A stretch of DNA of 64,000 nucleotides, from positions 6,173,374 to 6,237,373 of the forward strand of contig NC_083418.1 in assembly GCF_020745735.1 (NCBI RefSeq), in the 5' to 3' direction. The translations under genes and the position numbers were made by a program. The stretch comes from Hemiscyllium ocellatum (Eukaryota). Position 1 is the stretch's first letter. Each line of letters begins with the position of its first letter. Positions 1 through 13,700 of this stretch are shown one piece after another. The notes below the pieces were generated by a model. It made no database searches and was not told where the DNA came from. It was given only the letters and a program-made list of their open reading frames with translations.

Positions 1-3000
1 GTGTCAGTGAATGAAAGCATTAAGACTGACTCATTGAATGACAGAGAGATACTCTACTCTTTGAATTAAGACATTCAGTCCGTAACATTGAATTGAATGA
101 GTGCACTTTGTTTCATTGAATGAACGAGGGCAGTAGGATTCACTAAACAAGTGAATCACGAAAAGTTTATTTCATTGCAACAAGGATTATGGTTTGATTC
201 ATTGAATCAATGCAATGAGTCAATCAATGCAGTTTGTAGAAAAGTTGATAGCGTTGTACTTGACACTTTGAACGAATGAGATTAGCCCTACTCATTGAAT
301 TAACAGGTGCAGTTGAGTTCATGGAGTGAATGTGTGCAGTTCGATTGTGACAATGTGTGGAGCTTGTGACATGCAACGAATGTGACCTGCTCTACTCTTT
401 GAATTAACAGGACCAGTCTTTTTCATTGAATTAACGTGTGCAGTTTGATTCACTCACCAGAGTGAGTTAGGTTTGTTCCATTGAAACAAGGAATAAGGTT
501 TGATTCATTGAATCAGTGATTGTAGTTTGATTCAATGAATTCAGCTTGTGTCATTGAATGAAAGCATTAAGCTTGACTCATTGAATGAATGAGAGATGCT
601 CTACTCTCTGAATTAAGACCTGCAGTCTGTATCATTGAATTGAATGAGCGCAGTTTGTTTCATTGAATGAACGAGTACTGTAGGATTCACTAAACAAGTG
701 AATCACGAAATGTTTGTTTCATTGAAACAAGGAATACGGTTTGATTCTTTGAATCAATTCAATGATTTATAAATGCAGTTTCTTTAATTGAATGAAAGCG
801 TTGTGCTTGACACTTTGAAGGAATGAGAGTCGCTCCACTCTTTGAATTAACAGGTACAGTTTAGTTCATGGGGTGAATGTGTGCAGTTTGATTGAGACAA
901 TGTGTCAAGCTTGTGACATTGAACGAATGAGAGCAGCTCTACTTATTGAATTGACAAGTACAGCCTCTTTCATTGAATGAACGTGTGCAGTTTGATTCAC
1001 TAACCTGAGTGAGATAGGTTTGTTCCATTGAAACGAGGAACAAGGTTGGATACATTGAATCAGTGCTTGTAGTTTGATTCAATGATTCAATGAATGCAGC
1101 TTGCTTCATTGAATGAAAGCGTTAATCGTGACAGACTGAAAGAATGAGAGAAGCTCTACTCAGTGAATTAAGACCTGCAGTCTGTATCATTCAACTGAAC
1201 GAGTGCAGTTTATTTCATTGAATGAACGAGTGCAGTACGATTGACTAAACAAGTAGATCACAAAATGTTTGTTCCATTGAAACAATGAATACGGTTTGAT
1301 TCATTGAATCAATTCAATGATTTAATGAATACAGTTTGTATAATTGAATGAAAGCGTTGTGCTTGACACTTTGAAGAAATGAGAGACCCTCCATTCATTG
1401 AATCAACAGGTGCAGTTTAGTTCATGGAGGGAATGTGTGCAGTTTGATTGAGACAATGTGTGAAGCTTGTGACATTGAACGAATGAGAGCAGCTCTGCTT
1501 ATTGAATTTACAAGTACAACCTCTTTCATTGAATGAACGTGTGCAGTTTGATTCACTAACCTGAGTGAGTTAGGTTTGTTCCAGGGAAACAAGGAATAAG
1601 GTTTGATTCATTGAATCAGTGATTGTAGTTTGATTCAATGATTCAATGAATGCATCTTGCTTCTTTGAATGAAAACATGAGGCTTGACCCATTGAATGCA
1701 TGAGAGAAGCTCAATTCATTGAATTTAGTTCTGCAGTCTCTATCAATTGGTGCAGTTTGTTTCATTGAATGAACGAGTGCAGTAGGATTCACTAAACAAT
1801 TGAATCACGAAATATTTGTTTCATTGAAACAAGGATTCTGGTTTGACTCATTGAATCAATTCAATGACTTAATGAATGCAGTTTGTAGAAAAGATTGATA
1901 GCATTGTGCTTGACACTTTGAAGGATTGAGAGAAGCTCCACTCATTGAACTAACAGGTGCAGTCTAATTAATGGGGAGAAGTGTGCAGTTTGTTTGAGAC
2001 AATGTGTGAAGCTTGTGACAGGAACGAATGTGACCTGCTCTACTCTTTGAATTAACAGGACCAGTCTTTTTCATTGAATTAACGTGTGCAGTTTGATTCA
2101 CTAACCAGAGTGAGTTAGGTTTGTTCCATTGAAACAAGGAATAAGGTTTGATTCATTGAATCAGTGATTGTAGTTTGATTCAATGAATTCAGCTTGTGTC
2201 ATTGAATGAAAGCATTAAGCTTGACTCATTGAATGAATGAGAGATGCTCTACTCTCTGAATTAAGACCTGCAGCCTGTATCATTGAATTGAATGAGCGCA
2301 GTTTGTTTCATTGAATGAACGAGTACTGTAGGATTCACTAAACAAGTGAATCACGAAATCTTTGTTTCATTGAAACAAGGAATACGGTTTGATTCTTTGA
2401 ATCAATTCAATGATTTATAAATGCAGTTTCTTTAATTGAATGAAAGCGTTGTGCTTGACACTTTGAAGGAATGAGAGTCGCTCCACTCTTTGAATTAACA
2501 GGTACAGTTTAGTTCATGGGGTGAATGTGTGCAGTTTGATTGAGACAATGTGTCAAGCTTGTGACATTGAACGAATGAGAGCAGCTCTACTTATTGAATT
2601 GACAAGTACAGCCTCTTTCATTGAATGAACGTGTGCAGTTTGATTCACTAGCCAGAGTGAGATAGGTTTGTTCCATTGAAACGAGGAACAAGGTTGGATA
2701 CATTGAATCAGTGCTTGTAGTTTGATTCAATGATTCAATGAATGCAGCTTGCTTCATTGAATGAAAGCGTTAATCGTGACAGACTGAAAGAATGAGAGAA
2801 GCTCTACTCAGTGAATTAAGACCTGCAGTCTGTATCATTGAATTGAACGAGTGCAGTTTATTTCATTGAATGAACGAGTGCAGTACGATTCACTAAACAA
2901 GTGAATCACGAAATGTTTGTTTCATTGAAACAAGGAATACGGTTTGATTCTTTGAATCAATTCAATGATTTATAAATGCAGTTTCTTTAATTGAATGAAA

Positions 3001-4754
3001 GCGTTGTGCTTGACACTTTGAAGGAATGAGAGTCGCTCCACTCTTTGAATTAACAGGTGCAGTTTAGTTCATGGGGTGAATGTGTGCAGTTTGATTGAGA
3101 CAATGTGTCAAGCTTGTGACATTGAACGAATGAGAGCAGCTCTACTTATTGAATTGACAAGTACAGCCTCTTTCATTGAATGAACGTGTGCAGTTTGATT
3201 CACTAGCCAGAGTGAGTTAGGTTTGCTCCATTCAAACAAGGAATAAAGTTTGATTCATTGAATCAGTGATTGTAGTTTGATTCAATGATTCAATGAATTC
3301 AACTTGTGTCAGTGAATGAAAGCATTAAGCTTGACTCATTGAATGAAAGAGAGATACTCTACTCTTTGAATTAAGACATACAGTATGTAAAATTGAATTG
3401 AATGAGTGCAGTTTGTTTCATTGAATGAACGAGTGCAGTAGGATTCACTAAGCAAGTGATGCACGAAATGTTTGTTTCATTGAAACAAGGATTATGGTTT
3501 GACTCATTGAATGTTTTAATGATTTAATGAATGCAGTTTCTTTAATTGAATGAAAGCGTTGTGCTTGACACTTTGAAGGAATGAGACACTCTCCACACAT
3601 TGAATCAACAGGTGCAGTTTAGTTCATGGAGTGAATGTGTGCAGTTTGATTGAGACAATGTGTGGAGCTTGTGACATTGAACGAATGAGACTAGTTCTGA
3701 TCATTGAATTGACAAGTACAGCCTCTTTCATTGAATGAACGTGTGCCGTTTGATTCACTAACCTGTGTGAGATAGGTTTGTTCCATTGAAACGAGGAACA
3801 AAGTTGAATACATTGAATCAGTGCTTGTAGTTTGATTCAATGATTCAATGAATGCAGCTTGCTTCATTGAATGAAAGCATTAATCATGACAGACTGAAAG
3901 AATGAGAGAAGCTCTACTCAGTGAATTAAGACCTGCAGTCTGTATCATTCAATTGAACGAGTGCAGTTTATTTCATTGAATGAACGAGTGCAGTACGATT
4001 TACTAAACAAGTGAATCACGAAATGTTTGTTTCATTGAAACAAGGATTATGGTTTGACTCATTGAATTGATTCAATGACTTAATGAATGTAGTTTGTAGA
4101 AAAGATTGATAGCATTGTGTTTGACACTTTGAAGGAATGAGAGAAGCTCCACTCATTGAATTAACAGGTGCAGTTTAGTTCATGGAGTGTATGTGTGCAA
4201 TATGATTGAGGCAATGTGTGAATCTTGTGACATTGAACGAATGAGACTATGTCTGCTCATTGAATTGACAAGTGCAGCCTCTTTCAATGAATGAACGTAT
4301 GCAGTATGATTCACAAACTGAGTCAGGTTTGCTCCATTCAAACAAGGAATAAGGTTTGATTCCCTGAATCAGTGATTGTAGTTTGATTCAATGATTCAAT
4401 GAATGCAGCTTGTGTCTTTGAATGAAAGCATTAAGCATGACCCATTGAATGAATGAGAGAGTCTCTACTCAGTGAATTAAGACATGCAGTCTGTATCAGT
4501 GAATTGAATGAGTGCAGTTTGTTTCAGTGAATGAAGGAGTGCAGTAGGATTTACTAAACAAGTGAATCACGAAATGTTTGTTTCATTGAAACAAGGAATA
4601 CGGTTTGATTCTTTGAATCAATTCAATGATTTAATGAATGCAGTCTCTTTAATTGAATGAAAGCGCTGTGCTTGCCACTTTGAAGGAATGAGAGTCGCTC
4701 CACTCTTTGAATTAACAGGTACAGTTTAGTTCATGGAGAGAATGTGTGCAGATT
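1..4754 (+). repeat. Tandem satellite array, ~550 bp monomer, orientation 1 (CATTGAATGAA-rich strand); continues off the window start
   Basis: The same landmark recurs at 1, 548, 1103, 1659 and 2196 (periods 537-556 bp). Monomers are highly similar and AT-rich. Strand label is arbitrary. Confidence 0.97.
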
Positions 4755-7700
4755 CACTCAGTTAGTGATTCAACATGCACACGTTCATTCAATGAAAAAG
4801 GCTGGACTTGTCAATTCAAAGAGTAGAGCAGGTCACATTCCTTCAACGTCACAAGCTTCACACGTTGTCTCAATCAAACTGCCCACATTCACTCCATAAA
4901 CAAAAGTGCACCTGTTAATTCGATGAGTGGAGCTTCTCTCATTCCTTCAAAGTGTCATGCACAACGCTATCAACCTTTTCTACAAACTGCATTCATTGAA
5001 TGATTGAATTGATTCAATGAGTCAAACCATAATCCTTGTTTCAATGAAACAAACATTTCGTGATTCACTTGTTTAGTAAATCCTACTGCACTCGTTCATT
5101 CAATGAAACAAACTGCACTCATGGAATTCAATGACACAGACTGCATGTCTTAATTCAATGAGTAGAGACTCTCTCATTCATTCAATGGGTCATGCTTAAT
5201 GCTTTCATTCAAAGACACAAGCTGCATTCATTGAATCATTGAATCAAACTACAATCACTGATTCAGGGAATCAAACCTTATTCCTTGTTTGAATGGAGCA
5301 AACCTGACTCAGTTTGTGAATCATACTGCATACGTTCATTCATTGAAAGAGGCTGCACTTGTCAATTCAATGAGCAGACATAGTCTCATTCGTTCAATGT
5401 CACAAGATTCACACATTGCCTCAATCATATTGCACACATACACTCCATGAACTAAACTGCACCTGTTAATTCAATGAGTGGAGCTTCTCTCATTCCTTCA
5501 AAGTGTCAAGCACAATGCTATCAATCTTTTCTACAAACTACATTCATTAAGTCATTGAATTGATTCAATGAGTCAAACCATAATCCTTGTTTCAATGAAA
5601 CAAACATTTCGTGATTCACTTGTTTAGTAAATCGTACTGCACTCGTTCATTCAATGAAATAAACTGCACTCGTTCAATTGAATGATACAGACTGCAGGTC
5701 TTAATTCACTGAGTAGAGCTTCTCTCATTCTTTCAGTCTGTCATGATTAATGCTTTCATTCAATGAAGCAAGCTGCATTCATTGAATCATTGAATCAAAC
5801 TACAAGCACTGATTCAATGTATTCAACTTTGTTCCTCGTCTCAATGGAACAAACCTATCTCACACAGGTTAGTGAATCAAACGGCACACGTTCATTCAAT
5901 GAAAGAGGCTGTACTTGTCAATTCAATGATCAGAACTAGTCTCATTCGTTCAATGTCACAAGCTCCACACATTGCCTCAATCAAACTGCACACATTCACT
6001 CCATGAACTAAACTGCACCTGTTGATTCAATGTGTGGAGAGTGTCTCATTCCTTCAAAGTGTCAAGCACAACGCTTTCATTCAATTAAAGAAACTGCATT
6101 CATTAAATCATTAAAACATTCAATGAGTCAAACCATAATCCTTGTTTCAATGAAACAAACATTTCGTGCATCACTTGCTTAGTGAATCCTACTGCACTCG
6201 TTCATTCAATGAAACAAACTGCACTCATTCAATTCAATTTTACATACTGCATGTCTTAATTCAAAGTGTAGAGTATCTCTCTTTCATTCAATGAGTCAAG
6301 CTTAATGCTTTCATTCACTGACACAAGTTGAATACATTGAATCATTGAATCAAACTACAATCACTGATTCAATGAATCAAACTTTATTCCTTGTTTGAAT
6401 GGAGCAAACCTAACTCACTCTGGCTAGTGAATCAAACTGCACACGTTCATTCAATGAAAGAGGCTGTACTTGTCAATTCAATAAGTAGAGCTGCTCTCAT
6501 TCGTTCAATGTCACAAGCTTGACACATTGTCTCAATCAAACTGCACACATTCACCCCATGAACTAAACTGCACCTGTTAATTCAAAGAGTGGAGCGACTC
6601 TCATTCCTTCAAAGTGTCAAGCACAACGCTTTCATTCAATTAAAGAAACTGCATTTATAAATCATTGAATTGATTCAAAGAATCAAACCGTATTCCTTGT
6701 TTCAATGAAACAAACATTTCGTGATTCACTTGTTTAGTGAATCGTACTGCACTCGTTCATTCAATGAAATAAACTGCACTCGTTCAATTCAATGATACAG
6801 ACTGCAGGTCTTAATTCACTGAGTAGAGCTTCTCTCATTCTTTCAGTCTGTCACGATTAACGCTTTCATTCAATGAAGCAAGCTGCATTCATTGAATCAT
6901 TGAATCAAACTACAAGCACTGATTCAATGTATCCAACCTTGTTCCTCGTTTCAATGGAACAAACCTATCTCACTCAGGTTAGTGAATCAAACTGCACACG
7001 TTCATTCAATGAAAGAGGCTGTACTTGTCAATTCAATAAGTAGAGCTGCTCTCATTCGTTCAATGTCACAAGCTTGACACATTGTCTCAATCAAACTGCA
7101 CACATTCACCCCATGAACTAAACTGAAACCTGTTAATTCAAAGAGTGGAGCGACTCTCATTCCTTCAAAGTGTCAAGCACAACGCTTTCATTCAATTAAA
7201 GAAACTGCATTTATAAATCATTGAATTGATTCAAAGAATCAAACCGTATTCCTTGTTTCAATGAAACAAAGATTTCGTGATTCACTTGTTTAGTGAATCC
7301 TACAGTACTCGTTCATTCAATGAAACAAACTGCGCTCATTCAATTCAATGATACAGGCTGCAGGTCTTAATTCAGAGAGTAGAGCATCTCTCATTCATTC
7401 AATGAGTCAAGCTTAATGCTTTCATTCAATGACACAAGCTGAATTCATTGAATCAAACTACAATCACTGATTCAATGAATCAAACCTTATTCCTTGTTTC
7501 AATGGAACAAACCTAACTCACTCTGGTTAGTGAATCAAACTGCACACGTTAATTCAATGAAAAAGACTGGTCCTGTTAATTCAAAGAGTAGAGCAGGTCA
7601 CATTCGTTCCATGTCACAAGCTTCACACATTGTCTCAAACAAACTGCACACTTCACCCCATTAATTAAACTGCACCTGTTAATTCAATGAGTGGAGCTTC

Positions 7701-10700
7701 TCTCAATCCTTCAAAGTGTCAAGCACAATGCTATCAATCTTTTCTACAAACTGCATTCATTAAGTCATTGAATTGATTCAATGAGTCAAACCAGAATCCT
7801 TGTTTCAATGAAACAAATATTTCGTGATTCAATTGTTTAGTGAATCCTACTGCACTCGTTCATTCAATGAAACAAACTGCACTAATTGATAGAGACTGCA
7901 GAACTAAATTCAATGAATTGAGCTTCTCTCATGCATTCAATGGGTCAAGCCTCATGTTTTCATTCAAAGAAGCAAGATGCATTCATTGAATCATTGAATC
8001 AAACTACAATCACTGATTCAATGAATCAAACCTTATTCCTTGTTTCCCTGGAACAAACCTAACTCACTCAGGTTAGTGAATCAAACTGCGCACGTTCATT
8101 CAATGAAAGAGGTTGTACTTGTAAATTCAATAAGCAGAGCTGCTCTCATTCGTTCAATGTCACAAGCTTCACACATTGTCTCAAACAAACTGCACACATT
8201 CCCTCCATGAACTAAACTGCACCTGTTGATTCAATGAATGGAGGGTCTCTCATTTCTTCAAAGTGTCAAGCACAACGCTTTCATTCAATTATACCAACTG
8301 TATTCATTAAATCATTGAATTGATTCAATGAATCAAACCGTATTCATTGTTTCAAAAGAACAAACATTTTGTGATCTACTTGTTTAGTCAATCGTACTGC
8401 ACTCGTTCATTCAATGAAATAAACTGCACTCGTTCAGTTGAATGATACAGACTGCAGGTCTTAATTCACTGAGTAGAGCTTCTCTCATTCTTTCAGTCTG
8501 TCACGATTAACGCTTTCATTCAATGAAGCAAGCTGCATTCATTGAATCATTGAATCAAACTCCAAGCACTGATTCAATGTATCCAACCTTGTTCCTCGTT
8601 TCAATGGAACAAACCTATCTCACTCAGGTTAGTGAATCAAACTGCACACGTTCATTCAATGAAAGAGGCTGTATTTGTCAATTCAATAAGTAGAGCTGCT
8701 CTCATTCGTTCAATGTCACAAGCTTGACACATTGTCTCAATCAAACTGCACACATTCACCCCATGAACTAAACTGTACCTGTTAATTCAAAGAGTGGAGC
8801 GACTCTCATTCCTTCAAAGTGTCAAGCACAACGCTTTCATTCAATTAAAGAAACTGCATTTATAAATCATTGAATTGATTCAAAGAATCAAACCGTATTC
8901 CTTGTTTCAATGAAACAAAGATTTCGTGATTCACTTGTTTAGTGAATCCTACAGTACTCGTTCATTCAATGAAACAAACTGCGCTCATTCAATTCAATGA
9001 TACAGGCTGCAGGTCTTAATTCAGAGAGTAGAGCATCTCTCATTCATTCAATGAGTCAAGCTTAATGCTTTCATTCAATGACACAAGCTGAATTCATTGA
9101 ATCAAACTACAATCACTGATTCAATGAATCAAACCTTATTCCTTGTTTCAATGGAACAAACCTAACTCACTCTGGTTAGTGAATCAAACTGCACACGTTA
9201 ATTCAATGAAAAAGACTGGTCCTGTTAATTCAAAGAGTAGAGCAGGTCACATTCGTTCCATGTCACAAGCTCCACACATTGTCACAATCGAACTGCACAC
9301 ATTCACTCCATGAACTCAACTGCACCTGTTAATTCAATGAGTAGAGCTAATCTCATTCGTTCAAAGTGTCAAGTACAACGCTATCAACTTTTCTACAAAC
9401 TGCATTGATTGACTCATTGCATTGATTCAATGAATCAAACCATAATCCTTGTTGCAATGAAATAAACTTTTCGTGATTCACTTGTTTAGTGAATCCTACT
9501 GCACTCGTTCATTCAATGAAACAAAGTGCACTCATTCAATTCAATGTTACGGACTGAATGTCTTAATTCAAAGAGTAGAGTATCTCTCTGTCATTCAATG
9601 AGTCAGTCTTAATGCTTTCATTCACTGACACAAGCTGAATTCATTGAATCACTGAATCAAACTAAAATCACTGATTCAATGAATCAAACCTTATTCCTTG
9701 TTTGAATGGAACAAACCTATCTCACTCAGGTTAGTGAATCAAACGGCACACGTTCATTCAATGAAAGAGGCTGCACTTGTCAATTCAATGAGCAGAACTA
9801 GTCTCATTCGCTCAGTGTCACAAGCTACACATATTCCCTCAATCAATCTGCACACATTCACTCCATGAACTGAACTGTACCTGTTAATCAATGAGTGGAA
9901 CGACTCTCATTCCTTCAAAGTGTCAAGCACAGCGCTTTCATTCAATTCAAGAAACTGCATTCATTAAATCATTGAATTGATTAAAGAATAAACAATATTC
10001 CTTGTTTCAATGAAACAAACATTTCGTGATTCACTTGTTTACTGCATCCTACTGCCCTCGTTCATTCAATGAAACAAACTGCGCTCATTGAATTCAATGA
10101 TACAGACTGCAGGACTCAATTCAATGAGTAGAGCTTCTCTCATTCATTCAAGGTGTTAAGCTTAACGCTTCCATTCAAGGAAGCAAGCTGCATTCCCTCA
10201 ATCATTGAATCAAACTACAAGCACTGATTCAATGAAGCAAACTTCATTCCTCGTTTCAATGGAACAAACCTATCTCACTCAGTTAGTGATTCAACATGCA
10301 CACGTTCATTCAATGAAAAAGGCTGGACTTGTCAATTCAAAGAGTAGAGCAGGTCACATTCGTTCCATGTCACAAGCTTCACACATTGTCTCAAACAAAC
10401 TGCACAATTCACCCCATTAACTAAACTGCACCTGTTAATTCAATGAGTGGAGCTTCTCTCAATCCTTCAAAGTGTCAAGCACAATGCTATCAATCTTTTC
10501 TACAAACTGCATTCATTAAATCATTGAATTGATTCAATGAGTCAAACCATAATCCTTGTTTCAATGAAACAAACATTTCGTGCTTCACTTGTTTAGTGAA
10601 TCCTACTGCACTCCTTCATTCAATGAAACAAACTGCACTCATTCAATTCACTGATACAGACTGCATGTCTTAATTCAATGAGTAGAGACTCTCTCATTCA

Positions 10701-13700
10701 TTCAATGGGTCATGCTTAATGCTTTCATTCAAAGACACAAGCTGCATTCATTGAATCATTGAATCAAACTACAATCACTGATTCAGGGAATCAAACCTTA
10801 TTCCTTGTTTGAATGGAGCAAACCTGACTCAGTTTGTGAATCATACTGCATACGTTCATGCATTGAAAGAGGCTGCACTTGTCAATTCAATGAGCAGACA
10901 TAGTCTCATTCGTTCAATGTCACAAGATTCACACATTGCCTCAATCATATTGCACACATACACTCCATGAACTAAACTGCACCTGTTAATTCAATGAGTG
11001 GAGCTTCTCTCATTCCTTCAAAGTGTCAAGCACAATGCTATCAATCTTTTCTACAAACTACATTCATTAAGTCATTGAATTGATTCAATGAGTCAAACCA
11101 TAATCCTTGTTTCAATGAAACAAACATTTCGTGATTCACTTGTTTAGTAAATCGTACTGCACTCGTTCATTCAATGAAATAAACTGCACTCGTTCAATTG
11201 AATGATACAGACTGCAGGTCTTAATTCACTGAGTAGAGCTTCTCTCATTCTTTCAGTCTGTCATGATTAATGCTTTCATTCAATGAAGCAAGCTGCATTC
11301 ATTGAATCATTGAATCAAACTACAAGCACTGATTCAATGTATTCAACTTTGTTCCTCGTTTCAATGGAACAAACCTATCTCACACAGGTTAGTGAATCAA
11401 ACGGCACACGTTCATTCAATGAAAGAGGCTGTACTTGTCAATTCAATGATCAGAACTAGTCTCATTCGTTCAATGTCACAAGCTCCACACATTGTCTCAA
11501 TCAAACTGCACACATTCACTCCATGAACTAAACTGCACCTGTTGATTCAATGTGTGGAGAGTGTCTCATTCCTTCAAAGTGTCAAGCACAACGCTTTCAT
11601 TCAATTAAAGAAACTGCATTCATTAAATCATTAAAACATTCAATGAGTCAAACCATAATCCTTGTTTCAATGAAACAAACATTTCGTGCATCACTTGCTT
11701 AGTGAATCCTACTGCACTCGTTCATTCAATGAAACAAACTGCACTCATTCAATTCAATTTTACATACTGCATGTCTTAATTCAAAGAGTAGAGTATCTCT
11801 CTTTCATTCAATGAGTCAAGCTTAATGCTTTCATTCACTGACACAAGTTGAATTCATTGAATCATTGAATCAAACTGCAATCACTGATTCAATGAATCAA
11901 ACTTTATTCCTTGTTTGAATGGAGCAAACCTAACTCACTCTGGCTAGTGAATCAAACTGCACACGTTCATTCAATGAAAGAGGCTGTACTTGTCAATTCA
12001 ATAAGTAGAGCTGCTCTCATTCGTTCAATGTCACAAGCTTGACACATTGTCTCAATCAAACTGCACACATTCACCCCATGAACTAAACTGCACCTGTTAA
12101 TTCAAAGAGTGGAGCGACTCTCATTCCTTCAAAGTGTCAAGCACAACGCTTTCATTCAATTAAAGAAACTGCATTTATAAATCATTGAATTGATTCAAAG
12201 AATCAAACCGTATTCCTTGTTTCAATGAAACAAAGATTTCGTGATTCACTTGTTTAGTGAATCCTACAGTACTCGTTCATTCAATGAAACAAACTGCGCT
12301 CATTCAATTCAATGATACAGGCTGCAGGTCTTAATTCAGAGAGTAGAGCATCTCTCATTCATTCAATGAGTCAAGCTTAATGCTTTCATTCAATGACACA
12401 AGCTGAATTCATTGAATCAAACTACAATCACTGATTCAATGAATCAAACCTTATTCCTTGTTTCAATGGAACAAACCTAACTCACTCTGGTTAGTGAATC
12501 AAACTGCACACGTTAATTCAATGAAAAAGACTGGTCCTGTTAATTCAAAGAGTAGAGCAGGTCACATTCGTTCCATGTCACAAGCTTCACACATTGTCTC
12601 AAACAAACTGCACACTTCACCCCATTAATTAAACTGCACCTGTTAATTCAATGAGTGGAGCTTCTCTCATTCCTTCAAAGTGTCAAGCACAATGCTATCA
12701 ATCTTTTCTACAAACTGCATTCATTGAATCATTGAATTGATTCAATGAGTCAAACCAGAATCCTTGTTTCAATGAAACAAATATTTCGTGATTCAATTGT
12801 TTAGTGAATCCTACTGCACTCGTTCATTCAATGGAACAATCTGCACTAATTGATAGAGACTGCAGAACTGAATTCAATGAATAGAGCTTCTCTCATGCAT
12901 TCAATGGGTCAAGCCTCATGTTTTCATTCAAAGAAGCAAGATGCATTCATTGAATCATTGAATCAAACTACAATCACTGATTCAATGAATCAAACCTTAT
13001 TCCTTGTTTCCCTGGAACAAACCTAACTCACTCAGGTTAGTGAATCAAACTGCACACGTTCATTCAATGAAAGAGGTTGTACTTGTAAATTCAATAAGCA
13101 GAGCTGCTCTCATTCGTTCAATGTCACAAGCTTCACACATTGTCTCAATCAAACTGCACACATTCCCTCCATGAACTAAACTGCACCTGTTGATTCAATG
13201 AATGGAGGGTCTCTCATTTCTTCAAAGTGTCAAGCACAACGCTTTCATTCAATTATACAAACTGTATTCATTAAATCATTGAATTGATTCAATGAATCAA
13301 ACCGTATTCGTTGTTTCAATGGAACAAACATTTTGTGATCTACTTGTTTAGTCAATCGTACTGCACTCGTTCATTCAATGAAATAAACTGCACTCGTTCA
13401 GTTGAATGATACAGACTGCAGGTCTTAATTCACTGAGTAGAGCGTCTCTCATTCTTTCAGTCTGTCACGTTTAACGCTTTCATTCAATGAAGCAAGCTGC
13501 ATTCATTGAATCATTGAATCAAACTACAAGCACTGATTCAATGTATCCAACCTTGTTCCTCGTTTCAATGGAACAAACCTATCTCACTCAGGTTAGTGAA
13601 TCAAACTGCACACGTTCATTCAATGAAAGAGGCTGCACTTGTCAATTCAATGAGTAGAGCTAGTCTCATTCGTTCATTGTCACAAGCTCCACACATTGTC

